A DNA stretch of 64,000 nt from Tilletiaria anomala UBC 951 (lineage: Eukaryota): positions 1-64,000 of the forward strand of contig NW_013547013.1 of NCBI RefSeq assembly GCF_000711695.1, written 5' to 3'. Positions 51,310 to 64,000 of this stretch are shown piece by piece (positions within the stretch are counted from its first letter, which is position 1; each line of letters opens with the position of its first letter). The position numbers and the translations under genes are program-made. The notes under the pieces are model-generated. The model was not told the origin of the DNA. It made no database searches and was given only the letters and a program-made list of their open reading frames with translations.

Positions 51310-53583
51310 CTATGCAACCGTGGCTGGTGTCTTCGCGCTCCATGCGCCCTGAGGTCTGAACTCTTGGCGCGGAGCTCGTCCGGGCGGTCCAGGACGAGTA
51401 GCGCTCGGTTGTAAGCCTTGAGTGCCGGCCGGGAGCGGCTTCGCCTTGATATTCAATAGAGCCTCGTGCATACGAGTACCGTTCCGCAGGAACCAATCAC
51501 CATACCTGCGTCCAACTTTGACCTCAGCCACGTTAATCATGTTCTGGTGCGAAAGGTCCTTTTGTCAGTCATTTGTAATGCTTAGGTTCACATCTGAAGA
51601 TGTCAACATGTGCCTTCCATGACACTCACTCCATCAATGTTGAAGTCAAGGTCGCTGGTGTTCACCACTTCACCTTCCAGCAACCCTCCTTCACTCCACT
51701 TGAGACGTCGGGTGCTGCCCTTCGTTACCATCATCATTTCGATAACATCTTCCTCGTCCGCAGCAAGGAAATCTGCCAGCTTGTCTGTCCCTAGAGACTT
51801 GTAAAGCCGAATGAAAGACTGGACATCAGAGTTGAGTAATTGCGTGGAGATGTCGGCCATGAAGACCTTCAGCTGGTGTTGAGCGGGGTCGGCGAGGGTC
51901 TTCTCGTCGAAAGATGCCATGGCTTCCGAATCGTGATAGGGTGGCGAGCTGGTGGTGATGAACTTTGGGCTGGCGTAGATGAAAAGCTCTTCAAAGGCAG
52001 TGCGGTCGCTAGAAGATGGGCATGTGGTCAGCTTGACGCAAATGAGTCCTTAGCGCAACCAGTTGGATGGTGTGCTCACCCTTTGCTCATGCGAGAAGAT
52101 TGATCGCCATACTTGTCCTTCATCGTGGTCTGCAAGTTTTCGTCTAGGCGAGTTGGGCAAAGGGCACAGCAGATCGCGAGCAACCCGTACATTCGGTCTG
52201 CCGTTTTGTTGATTTGATCGTACTGGTAACTGCGCGTGTGATACTGGCGAAGGCGCATGATGAAGACGAGTATGTGGGTGAAGGACTTAACAGCGTCTGG
52301 ATAGCGTCCGAGCATCATGTACGCAAAGCCAATATAGTAGTAAGCCGCGACGTGGCAAGCGGTAACTCTTGTGATCAAACTGTTTTTCCGGTTGAGCTCC
52401 ACGTGGTCCAGCATCTTCAACGCCAGCGTATAATCCCCCAAAAGGACGTGGACGCGCAGCAAGCCGATGATGCTGAAGTAACCAAGCAGCTTGTACAGCG
52501 GTTTTTCACCAAAGTCGCCAGCAACAGAGCTGCGCCCCACAGTATGTACACGTTAGCCTTATCATCATCCTTTTTTGTTCTGAGAATTCGGTCGAGAACA
52601 CTCACGCAGGATCCTCTCCTGCCTCGGTAGCGGCCAGCTGCTCGAGGATTTTGCTCTTTTGAATGAGTGAGTACAGAACATTCAGCACGCTGTAGCTGCT
52701 CCAAACACCGCCATCCTGTAGCAGTGCGAGCTCTTCCTCCGACTTGTTTGAGACACGATTGCGCCATTGCGAGTAACTTTGGAATTGATAGATGAATTCG
52801 TCGATAATGTCCCAAAGCCACTGTGCAGGCAACTCTAAAGGCACCGGCCCCTCCGAGTCTGAGAAGAGGAAACATACGTCCATTAGGGCGATTCCTTCTT
52901 AATGCACGAAGCCCGCACTCACTGAGGACGAAGTTGAAAAGGTCGCAGTAGTTGTCATACGAGTTGAAGCGGTCTTCACCCGCGGGAGACAGTCTGGAGT
53001 ACACATGCCTAAAGAAGGAGAAAAGGTATCGGTCGCCACGTCTTCCTGCACCCAGATGCAAAACACCTACCTGAACCAAAGCTCGCGGTAGAGAGTCAGA
53101 AATTGTTGATCTGCCAGAAAAAAGAATCAGCTGTTGACTTGAGCAGGTGGCAGTGTGGAAAGCTACTGCACCTTCTTGCACGAGAGGAGCAATAACCTCC
53201 GCTTCTGGCCACTCTGACTTGGCGTAGAATTTGTCTGTGAGACGGTTCCAAGAGCCCTCGTATGCCGCTGAAATTTCCCCCAGGGAGTTATTCTGAATAG
53301 CTTGATGGAATGCCACGATGTACTTCTTGACTGCGTCTGGAACCGCGGCCAAAGCAGCTGCTTGCTGCTGCTGCTGCTGTTGCTGTTGCTGAGCTTCTGC
53401 AAGGAGGGCTATTGATTGCAAGAGTTTCAGCTTAGGGAAGCTCGTTCTAAGCAGCTCAAAATACTTACCAGCGTTTACGCCATCACCAAAGTTACCATCT
53501 ACATAGTCGACGCCGAAGTCGACCTCCCCATCGGCAAGAATTTCATCCTCTTCATCCACGTCTTGTGCATAGTAAGGCTGCAT
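51310..53583 (-). CDS. EIF3L: Eukaryotic translation initiation factor 3 subunit L, ~593 aa
   Basis: 8 exons (introns 53397-53468, 53111-53171, 53009-53070, 52859-52922, 52530-52605, 52009-52079, 51544-51629). Motifs: [85 protein letters not shown]; poly-Q near the N-terminus. Confidence 0.96.
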
Positions 53584-56500
53584 CTTGGCCAACGTAGGTT
53601 CTCACTCGGCACGATACGTCTTGTGGGGTTCTCAAAGCCTCTGAGCGTGATAAGTATGAGCTCGAATCAGCTTGTGTCCGCACTAAGCAAGGAGTGACTC
53701 TAAAGTTCTTCTTGTCGGAATGTGTAGAAACTTGGATTATCAGTTACTAGTGCCGTGTGTCCGAAAATTAACTCTCCTTTCGCTCCTTCTTTTCTTCATT
53801 CAACAAACTACAAGGGAAAGAGAGAAGATGCCGGATGCACCGAATCAGCTGGTTCTCAATGGGAGTCTCTTCTTCGAGACCTAGACCTACATAATTACAA
53901 GTGGATCGGCGACTTTTACATAGAATTATGCATTCACAATGCCGTAGACTTTTCAAACCATACCACACAGATCCTCCTTGTGGCATTGCGAAGGCGTCGT
54001 CGCGTCAAGTCGAAGCGACAAGAGCCTCAGACCGGACTAGGCGAGATCTATCTTGTCATTCTTGGTCGAAGTGTCCTGCAGAACTGTGCATCTAGGCGCG
54101 GGATTGCTGTCGAGCCGATCAGAGGCCCGCGAGATACCCGGCCATCTTGATCACTGCTGTATCGGTCCCTCAGTGTGTGGAGTTCCGACTACGAGGGCGG
54201 GAGCTGACCGACTAGATGCGCTGTTCAAGGCACCTTTTCATCCAGGCTAGTCATATGGTCACATGTGCGGTGAAAATATCCACACGACTCTTCATCGCAA
54301 GCAGCCGCGTGCGAATCAGAAGGGCCCATCCGTCAGACTCAAGAAGCTGATGAGCAACGTTCCAGCGTCGCCTGGCGCAATTGCCTCGTCTTCGAACCTG
54401 ATATCATTCTATGAGGCTTGCTTTTCCGACGCGACGGACGTGTCACACCAAAGACAACCTTCACGTGCGTACAAAGCTGATTTCGTGCTCGACCTCTCGA
54501 TAAGAGAGGACGCACCGTCCCACCAGTTCGACATATCTTTCGACGGGGCCTCTATCCCTGTCGTAAAAACGAGCATCACCGCGCAGATTCCGCAGCACTT
54601 TACAGGCTAAACTTTTTATCTCCCGAATGAAGCCAATGAGCTCACTTGACAGTATCTAAAAAGGAGGTGTAAAATTGGGACGTGCAATGTGCGTGCTTGT
54701 CCCTTGCTCCACTTTCTGCCATCTATTGCGACACAACTGATTGCTGACGGAACAGGACGGACCCCCTTTAGAGCCTCGTCACACAAGCGAGGGCGCATTT
54801 CATCACTGCATTTTTTGCACTTTCGCATAGATTACGGCCTTAAACGAAAGGGCATGGGAGCAGGGAGTAGGGGGCGCACTTCAGGCAGGGCCGTACAATT
54901 TTTGCTGATTGTATTCAACTAAGATTTCTGTCTAGGGGCATACAAGCTGCAGCTCTCGCAGCCATATCAATAAACGAAGCACGGCAGCAGATTCCGGCGC
55001 CGCCCATTAAGAGGCGTGATAAGATGCTCGCATGGATTGATCCGGTTACTAAGTGGTTATTGATGGGGCAAAGGACTTCACTCGTCTTCGCGCCTTTGAA
55101 TATTTCATTGCCATATAGTATCTTGTCAAGCACGACCGGAGCAGGCTAAGGCCTCGTGTTAGCAAACCCCCTTTGCTTCGCAGAACACATGGCGTCTTCA
55201 AGCTCACCCGCGCGGTGCGCTCGCCCACGCCTGTGCGGTTTCTCGCTCTCCAAGCACCGAGAAACGTGGCACGGGCCTTGTTGCAGAGTGCATTGTGGAC
55301 TTACAACAGAATTAAGCGAGCTGTGTGCGCATGTGTGCAAAATGTTTGCCCGGTACTCAATGGTTTACAGTTTGATTATCTCCACAACTCGATATGCTCG
55401 ATCAGCAGCTACGTGTAGCGTCTGGACGAAGGAATCAACCTCTGCGAAGAGTAGCACAGACGCTGATGAGTGACAGGAATGTTGCTACTCATGCTGTTGC
55501 GCACGCGGGAAGGGCTCCACGCCTTCGCATAAACCTGGGTATTCTGCACCATTCGCACCTGCCATGTGCCATCACCCTCAGCCGAAAGATCTCATGGAGC
55601 AGGCCGGCGGCTTGACTGGGAAGACGTGTGAGCTCGAATCACTTGGCAAGCCTTAGCACAACCACGAAGGTCTAGACCCTACCTTGAACACAACCCCACA
55701 AAGCTCCAATGGCTTCCATGATTGCGAAGGTCGCATGCGTAATGCGTGCCCACAGCACCTCCAACTTCCATTTTCTGTGCTCATAGCTCGGCCGTCGGGC
55801 GTTCAGCTACTACGGCTTGTCATGGCGCCAAATACGGCCGATACCCTGCCATACCACCCCTACCAACTCACGCTATACTTTGCTATGCTTGGTTACGCCT
55901 TTATGCTCTTCCCTCTTAACTACATGCACTCTACTGCTTCTGCCTTATCACCGTATGCTGATTTGGTTGTCCTAACTTAACACATATCACATCGTGATGG
56001 AGTGGGTAAGTCCGTGCACTACGCATCATAAGGTTTCTAAGACAGGAGAGTAACGGAAAATATATTTCGCTTCGGCTCCTACGATGCCGAGTGTCCATTC
56101 ACAATGAGTGCTGGTCATAGTGGACCTGGCATTGATTGTACGGAAGCAAAAAAAAAGTTGCAATAGGCAACTACGACGCGACGCGTGAACCCATCACACA
56201 TTTCGCAAGGACCTGGAGAAGGCAATATCCCTTCACCACGTTACGCCCAGGGACGAATATGTGTATAAGGTGACCCAAATTGGAGCGCCCCAGGGTCTGG
56301 GCTATTGGCGTTAGTGGATTTGGGAGAGGGTACTTACGCTCGTACTTGGTGGATAGCGTCAGGGAGGCCTTGCCACCACACATTGGCAACGCTAAATCAT
56401 GCCAAGGCTCAATCGAACGTGTATGCCGATTAATTTGAAGATTTGGCCATATCATACGCTTGGGTTGAGCAATATTCAGAGGCAATACAAGCCGTCCTGA

Positions 56501-57119
56501 TGGATGATTTTAAAGCCGACATCGATGCTCGCATGCTGTCACTTGGCAAAAGAAAAGAGGTCCCAAGGGCGAGGCACATGTGGTCTGATAAATGAACCAG
56601 CCGTGCCAGGCGCTGCCTCGATAGTGAAGAAGACGAGGGGAGAAACAGCTGCGGCGGCCGCGGTCAAAAGGGACATAATTAACAGTTATGCGAAGACGTA
56701 TCTAGTATGACGGCATTTCTTACTCCTTGTTTTCTAAATGCATTAATTCAATGCGTCAATTTCTCTAAATGGGCCAATTGTATGGAAGAGAGTGGCCCAT
56801 ACGACCAAGACAACATACTCTGACATTCTCGTTGTGCTTCATGAAGGAATGGCTCATTGCGACTAGGTTAGGATGCTCTGGGCTCTTGTTATAATCTATG
56901 CTACACGAGCTCTGGGCGTTATTTATGGCCCTGTATGTATCCGTAAGATGCTGGCTTTTTACGTGCAACTGCTGTAAGTTGTTCCTTGTTCTCGAGCCTT
57001 CCATGGCACTCGATGTTGTTACACCGGCTGTGCTGCTTTGATGTGTTTCGCTCCGTTGGCTCGCTCGTTCGTGCTGCCGCCACCTCTGTATCACTCCTCG
57101 GCAACGGGATTCGTTTCAT

Positions 57120-59760
57120 GCAGTCGAGGATGCTGGTTGCCGCGCGATTCGTTTCCAACTGCTTGCCCTGTAATAGCTTGATATGTGGTCGGCGATATTG
57201 GCATTGCTATCGACCCTCTTGAACTTGACGATGTCGGTACTATGTGTTTTCTGTGCATACTTAATTTCGACGTCACAGTGCTTGCTGTATGCTTTCGATA
57301 ACCATGCTCGTTAGAGTACGCAGCTCTCCCGAAGAGCCTTCTGCAGCCAAACGACCTCGCGGCTCGCCTCACATGTTGCCATCTGCTCTGCCTCCTGTGA
57401 AGAATGCAGGGCCTTAATCTGCTATCGAGACAATCAGCTAATGACGCCGGATGGGATGAAGGACATGAAACCCGTCATAGACTTGCTGCCATTGCGGCTT
57501 GGTCTGAATTGCAGAAGTTGACTAGATTCCTTCCGCTGGCGCGATCGTTCTTAATCCCAAAGTTGTAGGGACTTTAGATGTACCGCATGATCCTCCTGTC
57601 AGCCTGTCAAACTGCTACCGTCGCCTCCGCACTGGCCTGTCAGAGTGCGAGGTAGGGCAAAGACCCGATGACTGCAGGGTTGAAATGCGTGGTCTTGATC
57701 ATCTTGTCAAGGTCCACATCCGCCTGCATATTTGAGGCAGGGGTTGCGGCACCCTTGCACTCTGCCACGTCGAACCCTCTACGTATCGAAACTGCAGAGC
57801 CTACCTGGTCGACGAAGATGCTGCTCGTGTGCATGTTGCATCGGGTCCATCGGTCGAGACAGTGCTGAAGCAGACAAGGTCCTTGATGCGGAAGGCCTTC
57901 AGCAGCAGGTCTCGAAGTCGAAAGGTCGTCTCCTGATGCTCGGTTGCAATAACAAGCCGGTTGACATAAACCATCAAGATCATGGAGTTGCCATCGATCG
58001 TACCCGTATATAAGCACTGGTCGCCTTCGCCACTGCCGATCTGTCGAAGGGTCTCGTCGAACTTAATATGCCAGTTCCGAAATGCTTGCCGTAATCCGTA
58101 AATGCTCTTGCGCAATCGCACGTGCGTACTGGTCAAGTACTGCACTCCTGGGGGATATTCGAGGTAGAATTCCTCCTCGCACTTCCCGTATAGTAGGCGG
58201 CTCAACGTCTAGATGATAGAAATACTGATTGTTCATGGCGGCTAAAGTGTGTATTGTACGGAGGTGGTTAGTCAGGAGGCAGGCGCCTACAACTTATGAT
58301 AACCTTGCCCCACACTCTGCTAGAAGCCCCTGGCGACTACACTCTCTTTATACTGCTGCACGGTACTATTACTATCATGTTTGTCCTTAACTACTAATTT
58401 CACGCTACAGTTCGCCTGCCTGATTGCAGTTTTGCCTCAATCCATGTCTCGTTGTTCTTGCGGCTATCGAACTCGCTCTTGTTTGCAGTTTCCCACTTGC
58501 TGACGCCATCGCTTCAAAGAGCTTCAGTGTAAGTATGAGGCGCTGCTGGATCAAAAAAAATGGTGGCTGATAAGTAGGTTGATGCTACGTGCCAGAAGAC
58601 ACAGGCGTCTTGCTGGTACAAGTCGGCATTCTCAAGTGGGTTCTTGGTACTCTTGCAAGGATCGCCCCTCTTCGACTTGCTGTGCTAGTGTCCGCAGCGC
58701 CCGTCGCTGTTCCACTCTTCGCCAAATTTGCCTGACCCGAACTCCACGCGGTCACTTCGGAACCATCATTCGTAGTGGTTTCTTTCACAGCCGATAGTTT
58801 CGTGCTCCTCGTCACTACATGCAGGCCTGTCAGACGTCTCGATGACCCTGACGTGTCCACGCTACATGCGCTGCTTGAGGCTGGGAATCAAGACACGGTA
58901 CGTTGTGGCGCTGCCACACCTAACGAGGATGTCCTTGACTGTGTGTTCGTCCAATTTGGTGCTTTGTAGGGCTCCATCGCGCACAACTTAGGCTGCCAAG
59001 CCTACTGCGTGAAGGTAATCGATCAATGTGTTGCGATTGCAGTATGCTTCTTCTAAAATCTAGGTTATCGTGCGACCATCGCAATTCACGATGCGTACGC
59101 GGTGGTTGTACATGTAGGCTGCTACTGCGATTATGTCACCCCAGTGTACCTTTCCCACCTTCAACTCGCTGATTCATGCTCGGACCATGTGGAGGAGAGC
59201 CAGATTGAAGTGTGTATGGGGCTGACCTTTCGTGCTGGATACATATCGTCGGAGGAATTGCTGCAACCGCATGTTGAGGTACTCGCGGCCGTTGTCCGAG
59301 CGGAAGGGTCTTGATCTCTTTACCTTTATCATTCTCTACTTAACGGATCAAGATGCCGATGACTTCGGCAGCATTCTTGCGATCTGCCAGTGTGAACCTA
59401 GAGCTTGCCCGAGCTTTCACCTGTGAATGTCGGGAAATAGAGCTCGCCATCTACACTCTCCATATGCATAATTCCAGCGATGGTTGTGTTCACCCTTTCA
59501 AGCACATTTCGTGCTCTGCTTTCTTCACTTGTGGTCCCGTATGGGGGTGTAGGCCTCTGTTCCGAGCGCGCATGCTTCACATGTTTGGTCACCTTCGGTG
59601 ACGGGTAGGCCCTTTGCCTTGCAGACCGTGTATGCAAGTCATCCCCCATGGCCGAGGCGTAAGTGCCACCGCTCACTGTCCACATTTGCATGACCTGCAT
59701 TGGCCGACATATTTGGCATTGCGGCTGTGATTCCCTGCATTGCAGGGAGAGCAGGATATC
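57120..59760 (-). mobile_element. Decayed Ty1/Copia element B: pre-integrase HHCC, integrase, RT and RNase H remnants
   Basis: WHLRLGH...CEAC (~59680-59575); LERVNTTIAG.M..ESVDGELYFPTFT; RSDNGREY (~59300); YKESVVARGF*Q (~58340); LRKSIYGLRQAFRNW; ILMVYVN; VDSNANIAD (~57200). Many stops and frameshifts. Confidence 0.85.
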
Positions 59761-59899
59761 GTTGTTTAAACCTGGTCTTATAATCTCCATGCCGTTTCCG
59801 CTGCCCAATAACGGCACCATAAAAGCAATGGCTAATGGCGACCACGTGATGCAGGAGCAGCGGGAGCGCGGACACGCGAGCCAATGAAGCGAAGCACGA

Positions 59900-61872
59900 C
59901 GAAGCAGCCGCTGCTCCTGCATTACCGAGAACTTGTCCTTGAGAAAGGCGTGAAGATGCTCGACTCTTGCTGATGGGCCTATGAAGGTTGAGGCCATGGA
60001 CCCAAGACCGAGTATGGGCCTCAACTGTGAGTGGTATATATAAGAGCGCTAGACCGAGGTAGAACAACTGAAACCCGAATTCCTTCAGGGCTTCGACCGC
60101 CACCTCGTTCCACTCATATCCGCTCTGGCAAATCCCATACAGCGCCATCTTCAGTCGTAGCACTTGTCTTTCCGGCCATCACGCAAACCTTGAACATGGG
60201 CGTGCTTGGGAATATCCGCGTATACCGTGTGACGCAGTGGTCAGTAGACGTATGCGTTGGGCATGTCACAGGAAACCATGACGAAGCCGTTTGCTGCCGC
60301 GAAGGCCACCAACGTTGTGAAGCTCTCCTACACCACAACAGGCGCATGAGTGACATGCATATCAATAGCCTGTAATTGCGTGAACCCGCGAGCCACTAAA
60401 CGAGCCTTGTATCGACTGACCCTCCCCTCGCCCTCCTTTTTCCGCTGCAACACTGACTTCAACGAGATCACTTCCTTGTTCCCAGTCCGTGCTCGTGAAG
60501 GTCGACGCAACCCTTAAGTCTGGGCTTGTGTGCGAACATCAGTCTCGTTCTGCATCCCAGGAAGACACGGAAAAAGGCGCCAGAGTTGCCATGTGTTAGT
60601 GATCGCCACCATGGCTGCACCATAGCACATGTCTTTATGCAGCTCTGGATACAGGGCAGGTTGATCAACATGCAGGAACGGGTCGTCCCTGCTGATCACA
60701 GACAACGCGGATCGGAGGCTCGGTATGCTCGATACTTTATGCTCTATCCCCTCTTCCCCTGGAAGTTCAATCAGTGTGCATCTTGCCGCCAATGACAGGT
60801 GAGGAGTTTGAGACCTCCCTTCAAACCGTATGAAAACTCCGCAACATCTCGGACAAGCGAAACTGTCTTGTTTCCGCGGTACAATCTCTTGGCGTGCTCA
60901 ATGAACAACATATTAACTAGGCAGGTCGGCGCGAGCCTGACCTCCCTCAGCTCGAGCTTCTGTTCCCGTCCGTTCATGTCCATATTCAGTGCAACATCAC
61001 CAACCGTAGTGGTACGCAGCGGTCCACCAGGCAACAACACCGAGTGATTGGCCGCCATTTCGCACTTTGGTAGAAACCAGTGCGACGAGTTGACCAGAGA
61101 AACGGAAGCCCCTGTGTCTAACAGCCAACTGTGCCTGTTCGGACTATATTCAGCTGCAGACCCAACAATCTCAGACTTCGCATTGCATTCCGTGACCAAA
61201 CGTCCATACCTTATATGATTCGAAAATTTTATGAAACGCGGTGTGCCACAGATGCCTCTCGAACTTCTGTGAAGTCGGGCCAACATTGCCGCTACCACTC
61301 CCCGCTTCTACAGCTCCTGCTCGATCAGAGCGGTTCCTGTTCCGTTCTGCGTAGTCCTTCAAGATCGTTGAGATCTCGGGGAGCTTGGTGATCGGTGGCA
61401 TGGGACACTCGCTACGTAGGCGGGCTTCTTCAAAGCACCTCCAGCATTTGAGAGAACCCGATGTTAAATGTTCACGGTCACCATTTCTGGTTCCCTCATC
61501 AGGCTCTTTGTCCCTCCTTTTCCTATCTTCTTTCTTGTTTCCCATTGTGCTGGTAAAGATCGCCTGCAATACGCCAAAGGTTGCATTCGCGTTGATGGGC
61601 TTTCCGTTCTTCTGAGCTGCGAGATCGATCTTCCCTTGAACGCCATGGTAGTCTCCGGGTCAAGGCCGATTAACTCGTCTGGCTTTTCAGTCATTGCACG
61701 TCAGTTGCTGTGTTGCAACTCCTCTCGAGCCCGCTGGTGCCACGCTGATGCTCATGTTACCTTTCTTGCCAAAGTTGGAGGCATGTGTCACGTGAGAACA
61801 TCCAATCCCAACGGAGTTGCAGGGTAAGGGGCTTTGCCAATCTCTATGTAAATCCCGCCTACCAACATAACC
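59900..61872 (-). mobile_element. Decayed Ty1/Copia element A: gag knuckle, protease and partial RT; integrase apparently missing
   Basis: Degenerate zinc knuckle KCWRCFEEARLRSECP (~61450); WLLDTGAS protease (~61120); YKARLVARGFTQ (~60410); LKMALYGICQSGYEWN (~60150); possible PBS remnant GGTTATG at 61866-61872. Confidence 0.82.
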
Positions 61873-62168
61873 GTGGTCCACAGGCGTTCACTTCCTTCTC
61901 GGCTTTAAAAAAAGAACCCCGAAAAGAATGAATGAACAAAGGACAAACGCAGATCCGAATTCCGAAGAATTTTCGCATAATCATCATTTTTTGGTATCTG
62001 ACACAGCTCCCTTCCAATAGTCCAAAGGCATTAGGATGACCGATAATACGTCTCTATTCCCGCGGCAGCTCACGTCCTTCGCACGCGTCTCAGTAGTTCA
62101 GCAGCCCACTGAAATAGACGTGGGGTGTCGTAAGAACTTTGTTGCATTTCATTTCTGCTGAGAGGTAA

Positions 62169-64000
<1,832 letters not shown>

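Noticed and set aside
53362..53392. CAG/CAA tract in eIF3L
   Set aside because: An ordinary short poly-Gln run in a disordered N-terminal region.

Overview
Gene-dense eukaryotic DNA from an intron-rich basidiomycete fungus, most likely Ustilaginomycotina (the MAP kinase and the myosin-chitin synthase closely resemble smut-fungus Kpp2/Ubc3 and Mcs1). I hand-spliced 14 genes through 58 GT-AG introns: a large PH-domain/PPxY protein, an HSD17B10-like SDR, UDP-glucose 6-dehydrogenase, a ~2100-aa kinesin-4-like motor, glycyl-tRNA synthetase, an AVT-type amino-acid transporter, a class V chitin synthase, a Fus3/Kss1-type MAPK, Sds22, Utp12/Dip2, a secreted aspartic protease, a DUF3752 protein, eIF3L and Dbp3 (truncated by the window end). 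There is also an intronless orphan membrane protein and an MFS fragment. Mobile DNA comprises a Ty3/Gypsy integrase relic (~16.4-16.8 kb) and two decayed Ty1/Copia elements in the 8.6-kb gap between eIF3L and DBP3. The most notable observations are a candidate 45-aa microprotein ending in a canonical PTS1 (-SKL), a His-lined 11-residue-repeat stalk in the kinesin, dual-start mitochondrial/cytosolic GlyRS, and two convergent genes whose stop codons are 9 nt apart. No rRNA, tRNA or CRISPR array was seen. All gene models and family calls come from manual reading and motif recognition, not from database searches.
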